A stretch of DNA of 64,000 nt. Origin: an uncultured Gammaproteobacteria bacterium (GTDB taxonomy: Bacteria > Patescibacteriota > Patescibacteriia > Magasanikbacterales > GWA2-37-8). Positions 6,904 through 17,020 of the stretch are shown here, piece after piece. Where the stretch lies: the NCBI GenBank assembly GCA_964407865.1, contig CAYOXC010000001.1:331978-395977 (forward strand). Reading direction: 5' to 3'. Every line of letters begins with the position of its first letter. Within the stretch, counting starts at the first letter, position 1. A program made the translations under genes and the position numbers. Below the pieces are notes generated by a model that was not told the DNA's origin, did not search any database, and saw nothing but the letters and a program-made list of their open reading frames with translations.

Positions 6904-7799
6904 AATTTATCTATCTTTTCTTTTAGCTCTAACAGCTTATGGTTTTCAGGGTTTACTATTCGTAGTTCTTCATAAGATTTTGACGCCAACTCTCTTTTGC
7001 CGCATATTATAGCATTTTCTATAAGAAAGTCAAGATACTTAGGGTTCTTTGGTTCAAGTTCCGATGCCTGAATTATTGCGTCTAGCGCCAATTCTGGTTG
7101 ATTTGCCTTAGTGTATAATTCGGCCAAACGATGAAAACGCGACGACAACGAATCGTTGATGGTGGTTGCTCTTTCTAAATAATTTATTGCCTCGTTTATT
7201 CTACCTTTTTCATCGTAAAGTTCAGAAAGCTTAACCATCAACGCATCGTCATTGGGTGTTAATTTAGCCAGAAAATCATAGGTCTGAAAAGCTTCATCAA
7301 AAGCACTTTTAGCCAAATACGTGTCAGCCAGTCCGCGGTAAGCTGAAATAGATTTTTTGTCTATTTTTATAGCTGCAATAAAAAGTTCTTCCGCTTTTTC
7401 AAAATTTTGCTCTCGAAACATGGCTTCCGCTTTATTGATAAGCTCATTTAAATCCTTTTCCTTCTCAACCAGATTAGTCACTTTGTACCGAGCGCGATTT
7501 TTTAACAATTCTTCATAATGCAATAGTCGCTCAATCTTTCCAACATATATACGAAACTTTAACTGAAAAACACGCCACACACGACCAAGTGGCGACAACT
7601 TTTCTTTAATCTGTTTTTGTGCAAAAGCACCTTTGTCTGTTAGTCGTTTTTCGATAATTGATTTCTTTTTCTTTACCTCCTGCTCTTCTGGCAAATTTTC
7701 CAAATCAAGATTGGCAATAATTGGAAATTTTCTAAGTAAAACAAAAATAATGACAAGTACTGATAAACCGATAAGCGATATATAAATATATGAAATCAT
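6894..7799 (-). CDS. TPR-repeat protein with N-terminal transmembrane anchor
   Basis: Multiple 34-aa TPR-like repeats (AxxYxxLAxxY, NPKY); N-terminal hydrophobic helix; 3' end abuts the tRNA-Thr 5' end. Confidence 0.6.
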   Translation of the reverse strand: MISYIYISLIGLSVLVIIFVLLRKFPIIANLDLENLPEEQEVKKKKSIIEKRLTDKGAFAQKQIKEKLSPLGRVWRVFQLKFRIYVGKIERLLHYEELLKNRARYKVTNLVEKEKDLNELINKAEAMFREQNFEKAEELFIAAIKIDKKSISAYRGLADTYLAKSAFDEAFQTYDFLAKLTPNDDALMVKLSELYDEKGRINEAINYLERATTINDSLSSRFHRLAELYTKANQPELALDAIIQASELEPKNPKYLDFLIENAIICGKRELASKSYEELRIVNPENHKLLELKEKIDKLPL

Positions 7800-7800
7800 A

Positions 7801-8568
7801 TTAATTGGCCAAAAATTCTATAGTTTTATCGTAAATGTCTTTAAAAGAATCTAGCTTGGTTGAGGCATTGCCAACAAGTACGCCATCGGTATTTTTGTTC
7901 TTAAAGTAATCAGAAACATTATCCCCTTTTACGCTACCGCCGTATAATATTTTAATATTAATCCCCGACAATAAAGTTGTAGCGATATCCATAACTCTTA
8001 TATGCATTTTTTCAGCATCAACTGCATTGCAGGCCTCCCCTGTTCCAATCGCCCAAACCGGTTCATATGCAATAAAAATAGTGGCACCCTCACTGATCGA
8101 TAGATCATTGAATGCCGCTCTTAGCTGAACTTCAACAACCTCTTCAGCTTTGTTTGCCTTTCTTTCGTCTAATGTTTCTCCGACACAGACAACCGGGATG
8201 AGGCCTGCAACAAGAGCCGCTTCAATTTTTTGGCGAACATCATGGTTTGATTCATGAAAAATATGACGCCTTTCAGAATGGCCGATCAAAGCATAATCAC
8301 AACCGGCTAATTTAAACATTTGCATTGAATGCTCTCCGGTATAACCCCCTTTATCTATCCAATATGCATTTTGCGATCCTATTCCTATTCCAACATCGTG
8401 CAAAACCTGACCCACGGTATACAACGAAAGCGCGCTTGGGAAAACACCGATTTTTATTTTTTCCTGACTCTTATCAAAAGTATCAGCAAAACTATTGGCT
8501 AAGATGTTGCTCTCGTCGTAATCAAGATACATTTTCCAATTAGCAAACAGATATATAGATTTTTCCAT
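7801..8568 (-). CDS. tpiA: triosephosphate isomerase
   Basis: ANWKMY, AYEPVWAIGTG and GGSV motifs. Confidence 0.9.
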   Translation of the reverse strand: MEKSIYLFANWKMYLDYDESNILANSFADTFDKSQEKIKIGVFPSALSLYTVGQVLHDVGIGIGSQNAYWIDKGGYTGEHSMQMFKLAGCDYALIGHSERRHIFHESNHDVRQKIEAALVAGLIPVVCVGETLDERKANKAEEVVEVQLRAAFNDLSISEGATIFIAYEPVWAIGTGEACNAVDAEKMHIRVMDIATTLLSGINIKILYGGSVKGDNVSDYFKNKNTDGVLVGNASTKLDSFKDIYDKTIEFLAN

Positions 8569-8572
8569 AATT

Positions 8573-9853
8573 CTATTTCAATAAATTAGATAATTGTTTT
8601 CTATCAAGAGAGCCGATAACTGCCACTTTCATTTTATTTTCCTTAAATATTTCCTTGGCTAAATCCTGAACTTGTCGAGCTGTTACTTTTTTTATCTTAA
8701 CCAGATCTTTTTCATAATCATCAAGGTTGTTTTGAAACCAAAATTTTAAAGCGTAAAAACTTGCTTGGGCGCTTGAATCTTCCATCCTTAAAGCATACTG
8801 ACCGGTCAAATTTGTTTTAGCGTCGTTTAATTCCTTCAATGACACAGCCTGGCGAGTAATTTTTTTAAGTTCATCTTTAATCACCTCGATCGCCTCCTTT
8901 AATCGCTTCTGGTCCAAACCGGCCTCAATCCAAATAAGACCTGAATCTCTAAACATTTCCTGTCCCATGCGAATCTTATAAGCTAAACCTCGTCGTTCCC
9001 GAACTTCGATAAATAAGCGAGAACTCATACCGCCGCCAAGTATGTTAAGAAGTACGGCTAAGGCCCAGCGCTTTTTGTCGTTATAAGATATTCCAGGAAA
9101 ACCTACGATTACATTGGCCTGATCAACTCGTCTTCTGCTTAAAACAGAACGCTTTGAGGGTATTAGTTGATTCGTAAATTTTGAAAAATCTTTCTTATAT
9201 ATTTTTTTATAAACTGTTTTTTTACTGTAATCAACACCAAAATATTTATTTATTTTTACTAATAAATCATTTTGAATATTGCCAGCAGCTACCAGTACCA
9301 TGTTATCAGGCCTATATGCACCCTTATAAAAAGAAAAGAGATCGTCTCGACTAACTGCGTTAACTGTTTTTTTCGTGCCAGCAATATCGCGTCCAAGCGG
9401 ATGGTTGCCAAATAATAATTTTTCAAAAATTAAACTGACAGCCGTGGCTGGATTGTCTTCGTACATTTTTATCTCTTCAACAATGACACCCTTTTCTCTT
9501 TTTACTTCTTCTGCATCAAACTTAGAAAAAAATAAAATATCTGCCAGAATATCCAGGGCTAAAGAAGATTTATTGCTTGCAATCTTAATGTAATAACCAG
9601 TATATTCCTTGCTAGTAAATGCGTTAAACTGCGTGCCTGCCGCATCTAACTCGCGGGAAATATCAAGAGCTGTGGGGCGTTTCTTTGTACCCTTGAACAT
9701 CAAATGTTCAACAAAATGAGATGCTCCGGATATTTTTTCCGATTCATATCTCGATCCAACAGGCACCATGGCGAGAAATGTCACCGCTTTTGTTCCCTTG
9801 ATTGGTTTGATTATTACTGAAAGACCATTCTTTAATTTCTTAACTTTTAGCAT
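8573..9853 (-). CDS. M16 family zinc peptidase (insulinase-like)
   Basis: HFVEHLMFKGT inverted zinc-binding motif HxxEH. Confidence 0.8.
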   Translation of the reverse strand: MLKVKKLKNGLSVIIKPIKGTKAVTFLAMVPVGSRYESEKISGASHFVEHLMFKGTKKRPTALDISRELDAAGTQFNAFTSKEYTGYYIKIASNKSSLALDILADILFFSKFDAEEVKREKGVIVEEIKMYEDNPATAVSLIFEKLLFGNHPLGRDIAGTKKTVNAVSRDDLFSFYKGAYRPDNMVLVAAGNIQNDLLVKINKYFGVDYSKKTVYKKIYKKDFSKFTNQLIPSKRSVLSRRRVDQANVIVGFPGISYNDKKRWALAVLLNILGGGMSSRLFIEVRERRGLAYKIRMGQEMFRDSGLIWIEAGLDQKRLKEAIEVIKDELKKITRQAVSLKELNDAKTNLTGQYALRMEDSSAQASFYALKFWFQNNLDDYEKDLVKIKKVTARQVQDLAKEIFKENKMKVAVIGSLDRKQLSNLLK

Positions 9854-9856
9854 AAT

Positions 9857-10147
9857 TTAATACTTGATCGTATTGTCACGTGACTTTTTCTCCTGTTCCA
9901 ACGCCCGTATTCTATCCCGAGCTTCTTCGAGTTCTTTTATATCTATCTCCCCGCCGGATGCTTCCATTTGACTGATTAATTTTTTATAAGCCTGAATTTC
10001 AGATTCTAACTCCTCAAGTGATTTTATATCCTCAAGTGAAGTTGATTCGGACATTGATCCACTTACGCCTCTTTCCTTCTTTAATAAATCGGGTTCAAGT
10101 GAAGTTTGGTCTGACATAGAACCACTCCCTTTTAATTCATTAATCAT
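9857..10147 (-). CDS. hypothetical coiled-coil protein with internal tandem repeat
   Basis: GSGSMS(D/E)xTSLE duplicated; charged C-terminal coiled coil. Confidence 0.4.
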   Translation of the reverse strand: MINELKGSGSMSDQTSLEPDLLKKERGVSGSMSESTSLEDIKSLEELESEIQAYKKLISQMEASGGEIDIKELEEARDRIRALEQEKKSRDNTIKY

Positions 10148-10158
10148 AAAAAAAATAA

Positions 10159-11529
10159 TTATAAATTAAATTTATTTCTTAAATAATTATTAACTTCTGC
10201 AATATCAATTCTTTCTTGTTTCATTGTGTCACGATCTCGTATCGTCACTTTCTTGTCTTCGATTGAATCAAAATCTACAGTAATACAATACGGTGTACCA
10301 ATTTCATCCTGACGTCGATAGCGCTTGCCGATACTTTGAGTTTCATCATAATCAACCATAAAATTCTGACGCAAATCATGAGCCAAAGGCTTGGCGATTT
10401 TAGCTAATTCACTCTTTTTTGAAAGCGGTAAAATAGCCGCCTGATACGGAGATAAATAGTAAGGAAACTTCATCACCACCCGCTTATCTGTTTCACCTTT
10501 TTCAGATGTCGGTGCTTCCTCTTCATGGTAAGCTTCAAGCAATAAAACTAAAAGCATTCTTTCAATGCCAAAAGTCGGCTCAATCACATGTGGTATGATC
10601 TTTTCTCCTGTCTCAGGATCAGTATATGATAAATCTTCACCGCTTACTTCCTGATGACGCGACAGATCAAAATTGGTTCGATAGGCAATGCCGTGTAGCT
10701 CCTTTGTGCCAAAAGGATATTTATATTCAATATCAACAGTTCGTTTGGAATAATGCGCCAATTCATTCTTTTCTATTTCATGCCAAACTAAATTTTTCAT
10801 ATCAACTTGCATAACATCTTTCCACCATCTTTTTATCTCTTTAAGCCACATCTCGAAATATTTTTCCCAATTTTTTGAATCAATAAAATATTCAAGTTCA
10901 GCAATTTCAAACTCTCTGGTGCGAAATATAAAATTACCAGGCGTTATTTCATTGCGAAAACATTTACCAATTTGAGCAATACCAAAAGGCAAACGACGTC
11001 TTGTGGAATTCTGTATGTTTTTAAAATTTACAAACATCCCGCCAGCGGTTTCCGGACGCAAATAGGCCTCGGTGGTGTTATCTTCTGTGGTGCCGATAAA
11101 AGTTTTGAACATCAAATTAAAACTCTTGGCTTCAGTTAAACTACCACCGCAATCAGGGCAACTAATTTTTTCTTTCTTTGAAGGTTTTTCTTTATCGTAT
11201 CCTGGTTCAATGCTTTTTGCCTCCAAAAGATGATCTTCTCTGAAACGATGGTGGCAAGATTTGCATTCAACCAATTTATCGCTAAAATTATCCAAATGCC
11301 CTGAAGCTATCCAAGCTTTTGGATTCATGATTATCGCTGAATCAAGAGGCACCATGTCGTCGCGCTGTTGGACAAAAAATTTCCACCAAGCCTTTTTTAT
11401 ATTTTGCTTCAATAAATGACCGAGTGGCCCGAAATCCCAACTGTTGGCTAAACCGCCATATATTTCCGAACCTGGAAAAATAAAACCCCTTCTCTTGCAC
11501 AACGAAACTAGAATATCAAGGTCTTTCAT
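10159..11529 (-). CDS. glyS: glycyl-tRNA synthetase, dimeric archaeal/eukaryal type
   Basis: N-terminal GFIFPGSEIYGGLANSWDFGPLG and class II aaRS motifs; about 455 aa single-chain GlyRS. Confidence 0.9.
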   Translation of the reverse strand: MKDLDILVSLCKRRGFIFPGSEIYGGLANSWDFGPLGHLLKQNIKKAWWKFFVQQRDDMVPLDSAIIMNPKAWIASGHLDNFSDKLVECKSCHHRFREDHLLEAKSIEPGYDKEKPSKKEKISCPDCGGSLTEAKSFNLMFKTFIGTTEDNTTEAYLRPETAGGMFVNFKNIQNSTRRRLPFGIAQIGKCFRNEITPGNFIFRTREFEIAELEYFIDSKNWEKYFEMWLKEIKRWWKDVMQVDMKNLVWHEIEKNELAHYSKRTVDIEYKYPFGTKELHGIAYRTNFDLSRHQEVSGEDLSYTDPETGEKIIPHVIEPTFGIERMLLVLLLEAYHEEEAPTSEKGETDKRVVMKFPYYLSPYQAAILPLSKKSELAKIAKPLAHDLRQNFMVDYDETQSIGKRYRRQDEIGTPYCITVDFDSIEDKKVTIRDRDTMKQERIDIAEVNNYLRNKFNL

Positions 11530-11532
11530 ATA

Positions 11533-12177
11533 TTATTCAATATTACCATTTTTATTTATATAAGTTTCTAAAACTTGAATATATTCATCCTCAAAAATCG
11601 TTGGGTCATAAAGAGAAGCATCTCTGGTGTCAGCTAAATTTTGAGAAATGAGAACTAAAGCTAATCCTAAGGGTTGGTTCATTCTTTCAGTCATATAAAC
11701 TAGTGTGTCTAAATTGTAGCCATCTCCACTACTAGCACAAAACATTCGATTGAATTCAACATCGCCAACAAAAACTTTCTCCTTAAAGCGTTCATTTAAA
11801 AGCACTTTTTTACCGCCTCGCCACTCAGGCTTTGTCTCAAAACCATAACCCAATTCCTCACAAGTTCGACCGATACGATTTACAAATATATAGGCTTCTG
11901 ACAAATTAGTACCTGTTGTATAGGACTCAGGAAATAAAAGCGAAGCTAAAATTGTTTGTGTCATTTCACCCTCAATAAAATACGTGGGATATTCAATTTC
12001 AAATTGATATTTTGAGTGTCCTAAACTAATTTTACCACTATTGTTTCTTGGGGCTGGTTCTAAATAAGTCGTTGAGCTATCTTCTTTAATTGCAGATTTT
12101 TTAAAAACGCAACCCGAAGTTACTGCAACAAGCAAAAGAATAACAAGAAAAGAAACGATTTGCAGCGGTTGTTTCAT
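11533..12177 (-). CDS. hypothetical lipoprotein
   Basis: Signal peptide ending in TSGC lipobox. Confidence 0.4.
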   Translation of the reverse strand: MKQPLQIVSFLVILLLVAVTSGCVFKKSAIKEDSSTTYLEPAPRNNSGKISLGHSKYQFEIEYPTYFIEGEMTQTILASLLFPESYTTGTNLSEAYIFVNRIGRTCEELGYGFETKPEWRGGKKVLLNERFKEKVFVGDVEFNRMFCASSGDGYNLDTLVYMTERMNQPLGLALVLISQNLADTRDASLYDPTIFEDEYIQVLETYINKNGNIE

Positions 12178-12181
12178 AATG

Positions 12182-12730
12182 TTAGATGGTATTTATTTCC
12201 TTCTCTTTATTTTCACCGACTTCTTTAACCCGCTCATTAAAATCTTTTACCATCTTATCTAATTCTTCCTGCAAACGATATTTTTCATCTTCAGAAATAG
12301 TTTTATCTTTTTCACCTTCTTGAATCATATTTCGAACCTCTTCGCGCACCTTGCGCAATGAAATTCTCGCATTTTCCAATTTTTGATGAAGCACCTTGAT
12401 CAATTCCTGCCGCCTTTCAATTGTTAATTCAGGCAAACAAAGGCGAATCAAGCGACCGTCGTTTACAGGATTAATGCCGACATCAGAATCGCGCACTCCT
12501 TTTTCAATAACTGCTAGAAGCGATTTGTCCCAAGGCTCAACGATTAAAGTTTTCGGATCAGAAACTGAAATTGAAGCGACTGCTTTTAACGGCTGCCTGG
12601 AACCATAAGCTTCAACATGGACTTCCTCAACCATGGCTGCTGAAGCACGTCCGGTCCGTAAACCAGATATGTCCTGTTTTAAAAATTCAATTACTTTGTC
12701 AAATTCCACTTTGTGTTCACTGATATTCAT
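12182..12730 (-). CDS. frr: ribosome recycling factor
   Basis: Full-length similarity to the RRF consensus (VSxPEPRTLxIxPWD, LPxLTEERRxELxK). Confidence 0.9.
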   Translation of the reverse strand: MNISEHKVEFDKVIEFLKQDISGLRTGRASAAMVEEVHVEAYGSRQPLKAVASISVSDPKTLIVEPWDKSLLAVIEKGVRDSDVGINPVNDGRLIRLCLPELTIERRQELIKVLHQKLENARISLRKVREEVRNMIQEGEKDKTISEDEKYRLQEELDKMVKDFNERVKEVGENKEKEINTI

Positions 12731-12741
12731 AAACTAAATAT

Positions 12742-13824
12742 TTAATTTAATACGGTAAATCCCATGATTAGCATGCTGTCATTTTCAGCATGAATCTTCA
12801 TCATGATAGGAATCGTGTTTGTTGGCAATTGCTTGGTCGTCCAATTTGCACCGCCATCTACGCTTTTGTAGAAAGTCGAACGAACATGAACATTTTTATC
12901 TCCCAAAATAGTGCCGGTGTAATAAATTTCATTCTGATTTTTAGGATTAACAGTAAAAGCATATATTTGCACCGCACCCGGCCTAGTCAAAAGTTGTAGG
13001 TCTTTCCAAGTAGCACCAGCATCGTCTGAACGTAAAATTCCATATTTGCTTATCCAAAACAAACTGTTATTTTCAGCCGCATTAAGATGAATGCGATAAA
13101 ATGTTTGGCTGTCTCGAAAATCTTTCATTCCCTCGCGCAAATCCTGCCAAGTTATACCTTTATCATCAGTGCGATAAAGTCCAGATTTTAAACTAGCGAC
13201 ATAGACGCGTCCAGGCACCTGTTTATCAACGACCAAATCCTGAAGTTGAAAATTAAAACGTTTTATAACAGTCCAGCTGCGCCCGCCATCTCGACTGATA
13301 ATCACATCACCTCCGACTTCAATTCCCCATATGGTTCCGTCGCTTGGATCAATATCTAAAGCGGCAATTCTCTCACCGGTTCGTTCTTCTAAAAAGGCCT
13401 GGGACCAAGTGCGAGAACAGTCTTCGGTTTTATAAATATGAGCGCCGTCACTGGCAAAAATGTTGCATTTATCACTCGGATCAACTGCCAAAGCATAAAT
13501 AAATTTACCGCTCAAAAACGGCACTGACTGCCAGGTATCCCCATTGTTATAGGTATAATATAATCCTTGCCCGCGGGTACCTAGATAAAAAGCATTAGCA
13601 TCACTTGGATCTTCAAAAATACGATAAACCTTAACTCCGCCAATAGTTTTTAAACCTTCAGCAGAGGGAAATGCCATAGCTGCGTTCCACGTCTCACCTT
13701 TGTCAGCAGACCTAAACATTCCCATAAGTCCCGATTCAGAACTTTTTTTGAAAGATATACAACTGGCTCCAAGAAAAATAAAAGCAGCGACAATAACTAA
13801 AGCTAAAATTTTAATTCGAGTCAT
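12742..13824 (-). CDS. exported BNR/Asp-box repeat beta-propeller protein (Ycf48-like)
   Basis: Signal peptide; repeated SxDxGxTW motifs (GETWNA, GDTWQS, GGRSWT, KGITWQ, GATWKD, GGANWT). Confidence 0.6.
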   Translation of the reverse strand: MTRIKILALVIVAAFIFLGASCISFKKSSESGLMGMFRSADKGETWNAAMAFPSAEGLKTIGGVKVYRIFEDPSDANAFYLGTRGQGLYYTYNNGDTWQSVPFLSGKFIYALAVDPSDKCNIFASDGAHIYKTEDCSRTWSQAFLEERTGERIAALDIDPSDGTIWGIEVGGDVIISRDGGRSWTVIKRFNFQLQDLVVDKQVPGRVYVASLKSGLYRTDDKGITWQDLREGMKDFRDSQTFYRIHLNAAENNSLFWISKYGILRSDDAGATWKDLQLLTRPGAVQIYAFTVNPKNQNEIYYTGTILGDKNVHVRSTFYKSVDGGANWTTKQLPTNTIPIMMKIHAENDSMLIMGFTVLN

Positions 13825-13842
13825 AAAATAATATATAAATTA

Positions 13843-14754
13843 TTAAATTTTTAATAAAATACGTTCAATCAACAAACGCGGATGTATATTTTGTCCAAGC
13901 ATCTGTCGCGCTAACTGCAGCTCATCAATAACACCAAGGGCTTCCTTTGAACTAACCGTCTTTCCAAAAAATCCAGCGCCTTTTAAGACGTCACGCCAAA
14001 CCATAATCCAAAGATCAAGAACTTTCTTTAAACGATCACGGCCGCGTATGGCGTCATCTTTATCACCAAATAAATCTTCAGTTTGTTTTAATTTTAAATA
14101 AAATGGTTGTCCGCTTATATTTTTCAACCGCTCAATTTCATTTTTGTATTCATTTAAAAGTGTCTGATCTCTCAAAAACTTTATCGCCCGGCCCGGCCGT
14201 CCCCAGGATAAAGCAGTTGCTTCACCGCCCAGTTCCTGCTCATAACCCATGGCGACTAATCCGGATAAAATTTCCTCTTCTGGTACCAAAGAAAATGCAA
14301 CTATCTGACAACGCGATCTGACGGTGGCTGGAAACGATTGGTCGTTTGTAGTAAGAAGGATGATGATATTTCCTTCGCTGGATTCCTCCAGAGTCTTTAA
14401 AAGTGCATTAGCCGCCTCTGAATTCAATGATTCTGCATCGTTAATAACTACTATTTTCATTTTTCCAATCCAGGAATGATTTCGTAAAAAACCGCTAATC
14501 CTTTTTGCCTGAGCAATGTTTATATCTCGATTAAGGCGACCCTTCTTTTCATCAACTTCACGCTCAATAAATAAATAATCTGGATGAGTATTGAGCTGGG
14601 CTTTATCAACATTTAACGCTCGAGAAGCAATTTCCTCTGCAACTCTGCGTTTTCCTATTTCATCAGGACCAACAAAACATAAAGCATGGGCGATTTTTTC
14701 ACTGTCCAAAGCAGAGGTGAGAAATTCAAGGTTTTTCTTGTGTCCAATAATCAT
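13843..14754 (-). CDS. holB: DNA polymerase III delta' subunit
   Basis: AAA+ clamp-loader motifs ALCFVGPDEIGKRRVA, VVINDAESL, SRCQ. Confidence 0.8.
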   Translation of the reverse strand: MIIGHKKNLEFLTSALDSEKIAHALCFVGPDEIGKRRVAEEIASRALNVDKAQLNTHPDYLFIEREVDEKKGRLNRDINIAQAKRISGFLRNHSWIGKMKIVVINDAESLNSEAANALLKTLEESSEGNIIILLTTNDQSFPATVRSRCQIVAFSLVPEEEILSGLVAMGYEQELGGEATALSWGRPGRAIKFLRDQTLLNEYKNEIERLKNISGQPFYLKLKQTEDLFGDKDDAIRGRDRLKKVLDLWIMVWRDVLKGAGFFGKTVSSKEALGVIDELQLARQMLGQNIHPRLLIERILLKI

Positions 14755-14818
14755 AAAGTCAATAAAAACAACATCTCGCGCTCCTTTGGCGTTCGTTTGC
14801 GGTCCAAAATATAATACC

Positions 14819-15946
14819 TTAATTTATCGCCTCACGCAAGTTCAACCAGGTTGAATTTGCCGTATTTTCCCAACTAAAAGCCATTGATTTCTTAAGGCCT
14901 TTTTCTATTTGCTGGCTTCTTAGTTCAGTATCCCCAAATAGCCTAATAGCCGCCTGGCTAATATCTTCAACTGATAAAGGCGAGACATAAAGAGCCGCGC
15001 TTCCCCCCACCTCTTCAAGTGAATTGCCGGACGAAGCGACTACCGGACAACCAGAAGCCATGGCATGAAGCAAAGGAAGTCCGAATCCCTCGTAAAGAGA
15101 AGGAAATATAAAAACTCGAGCTAAATTATAAAATTTTGGAAGTTCTGAATTTTCGACCCAACCCAAAAGATTAATATCTTTGTTATTCGGACTTTTACCA
15201 ATAATATCCTTTACTTTATCAAAACCGCGACCAGGAATTCCTGCCAGTACAAGCTCTGCATCAATCTCTTTTTTTATTAAATCAAAAGCTTTAATGATAT
15301 TTACAGTATTCTTTTTTTCTTCAAGCCGCCCAACAGTTAAAAAAAATGGTTTTCTAATATTATATTTTTCTAAAAAATTTTCTTTATCATCTTCCGTTAA
15401 TTGCAGTCTTTTAAAAAAATTATGATCATAGCCAAGGGGTGTGACTTTGACTTTGTCTAAATCATAACCATAAAGCCGACCAAGTTCCTGGCGCGAAAAT
15501 TCTGAAGGAGTGATAATCAGTTTGGATTTTTTCATTATCAATCGATTCATTGCCTTGAGATATTGACAGCCGGAAAAACTATAAGCATTTGGAAAAACTT
15601 CAAAAGCACTGTCATGTATTGTGGTGACTGTATTTTTGGGACAAACAAAAGGCACGAGCTGACCAGGAGCAAAAAACAAATCTAATTTATGACGCAAAAA
15701 ATATCCAGATAGGCGAAATTGACTCCAGCCTTTATTTAGTGGCCACGGTAATATTGCGGTCTGCCAATTTTCCGGCAATTTTTTAAGGTCATCAACAAGC
15801 TGATTGTTTGAATACAAAATTACCCGCACGTCTGCGGGAATAATTTTTTTTAGATGATTTATCACCTCAAAGCAATACTCCTCAACTCCGGTTCTATTTT
15901 TTTTATTAGCATGAGATGCTTCGATTCCAATTATCATAAAATGCAA
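14819..15946 (-). CDS. glycosyltransferase family 4 (GT-B, retaining)
   Basis: C-terminal FIFPSLYEGFGLPLLHAMASGCPVV (EX7E region). Confidence 0.8.
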   Translation of the reverse strand: MHFMIIGIEASHANKKNRTGVEEYCFEVINHLKKIIPADVRVILYSNNQLVDDLKKLPENWQTAILPWPLNKGWSQFRLSGYFLRHKLDLFFAPGQLVPFVCPKNTVTTIHDSAFEVFPNAYSFSGCQYLKAMNRLIMKKSKLIITPSEFSRQELGRLYGYDLDKVKVTPLGYDHNFFKRLQLTEDDKENFLEKYNIRKPFFLTVGRLEEKKNTVNIIKAFDLIKKEIDAELVLAGIPGRGFDKVKDIIGKSPNNKDINLLGWVENSELPKFYNLARVFIFPSLYEGFGLPLLHAMASGCPVVASSGNSLEEVGGSAALYVSPLSVEDISQAAIRLFGDTELRSQQIEKGLKKSMAFSWENTANSTWLNLREAIN

Positions 15947-15999
15947 AAACTACATGGGTTCACAACTATAACTATTCGGATTATTTAGCGCCCAAACAT

Positions 16000-17007
16000 T
16001 TATCTCGTTGCTAGAATGCTTCTTTTGTAATTATTAATATTTTCAAGCGCTGTACCCGTGCCTTTAACTGCACAAAAAAGCGGGTTCTCCGCAACATAAG
16101 TTGGAACGCCGGTAGTTTCAGTAATCAATTCAGATAAATTGCGGAGTTGGGCTGAACCACCAGTCAATACTATGCCTTTATCCATAACATCTGCAGAGAG
16201 TTCAGGTGGTGTATCGTGCAAAACCTCTTTAATTGCTTTCATTAGAAGTTCGAGATCGTGCTGAAGAGCCTCAGTGACGTCATCGGCAGTAACAGTAATA
16301 ATTCGTGGCAAACCGCTGACCATATCTTGGCCTTTGATTTCTGTGGTCAACGGCTTGGACATAAACATTGCTGAACCAGCGTTAATTTTAATTTCTTCAG
16401 CAGTGTGAACGCCGATAGATAAATTATATTTCCTTCTAACAAAATCACTAATCGATTGGTCAAATTTATTTCCTCCAATTCTTACCGAACCGCTAGCCAC
16501 AATGCCACCGAGCGAAATAACGGCAATTTCTGATGTTCCTCCGCCAACATCAATCACCATATGGCCCGAAGCCGCTCCAATAGGAATATCAGCTCCAATA
16601 GCTGCTACAAGTGGCGCTTTGATCAGATAAGCTGCGCGAGCACCAGCAGCAATAGTAGCGTCAATTACCGCTCTACGCTCTGTTGAGGTAATACCAGAAG
16701 GCACCGCCACCATCACTTCTGGACGAAAAAGATGCACTCCTCCCAGGGATTTATTTATAAAATACCTAAGCATTGCTTCGGTTGTTTTATAATTGGCAAT
16801 AACGCCTTCTTTCAAAGGGTGTTCAGCTGAAATAGAATCCGGTGTGCGGCCAAGCATATCCTTGGCTTCTAGCCCAACAGCCAAAATTTTACCATCGCTT
16901 TTAGAAATAGCAACAACTGATGGTTCATTTACCACCACACCTTTTTTAGGAACATAAACACGAGCATTATTGGTCCCCAGATCAATTCCTATCTTCTTAA
17001 TAAACAT
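16000..17007 (-). CDS. mreB: rod shape-determining protein MreB
   Basis: IGIDLGTNN, DVGGGTSEIAVISLGGIV actin-fold motifs. Confidence 0.9.
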   Translation of the reverse strand: MFIKKIGIDLGTNNARVYVPKKGVVVNEPSVVAISKSDGKILAVGLEAKDMLGRTPDSISAEHPLKEGVIANYKTTEAMLRYFINKSLGGVHLFRPEVMVAVPSGITSTERRAVIDATIAAGARAAYLIKAPLVAAIGADIPIGAASGHMVIDVGGGTSEIAVISLGGIVASGSVRIGGNKFDQSISDFVRRKYNLSIGVHTAEEIKINAGSAMFMSKPLTTEIKGQDMVSGLPRIITVTADDVTEALQHDLELLMKAIKEVLHDTPPELSADVMDKGIVLTGGSAQLRNLSELITETTGVPTYVAENPLFCAVKGTGTALENINNYKRSILATR

Positions 17008-17020
17008 AGATTAAAATAAT

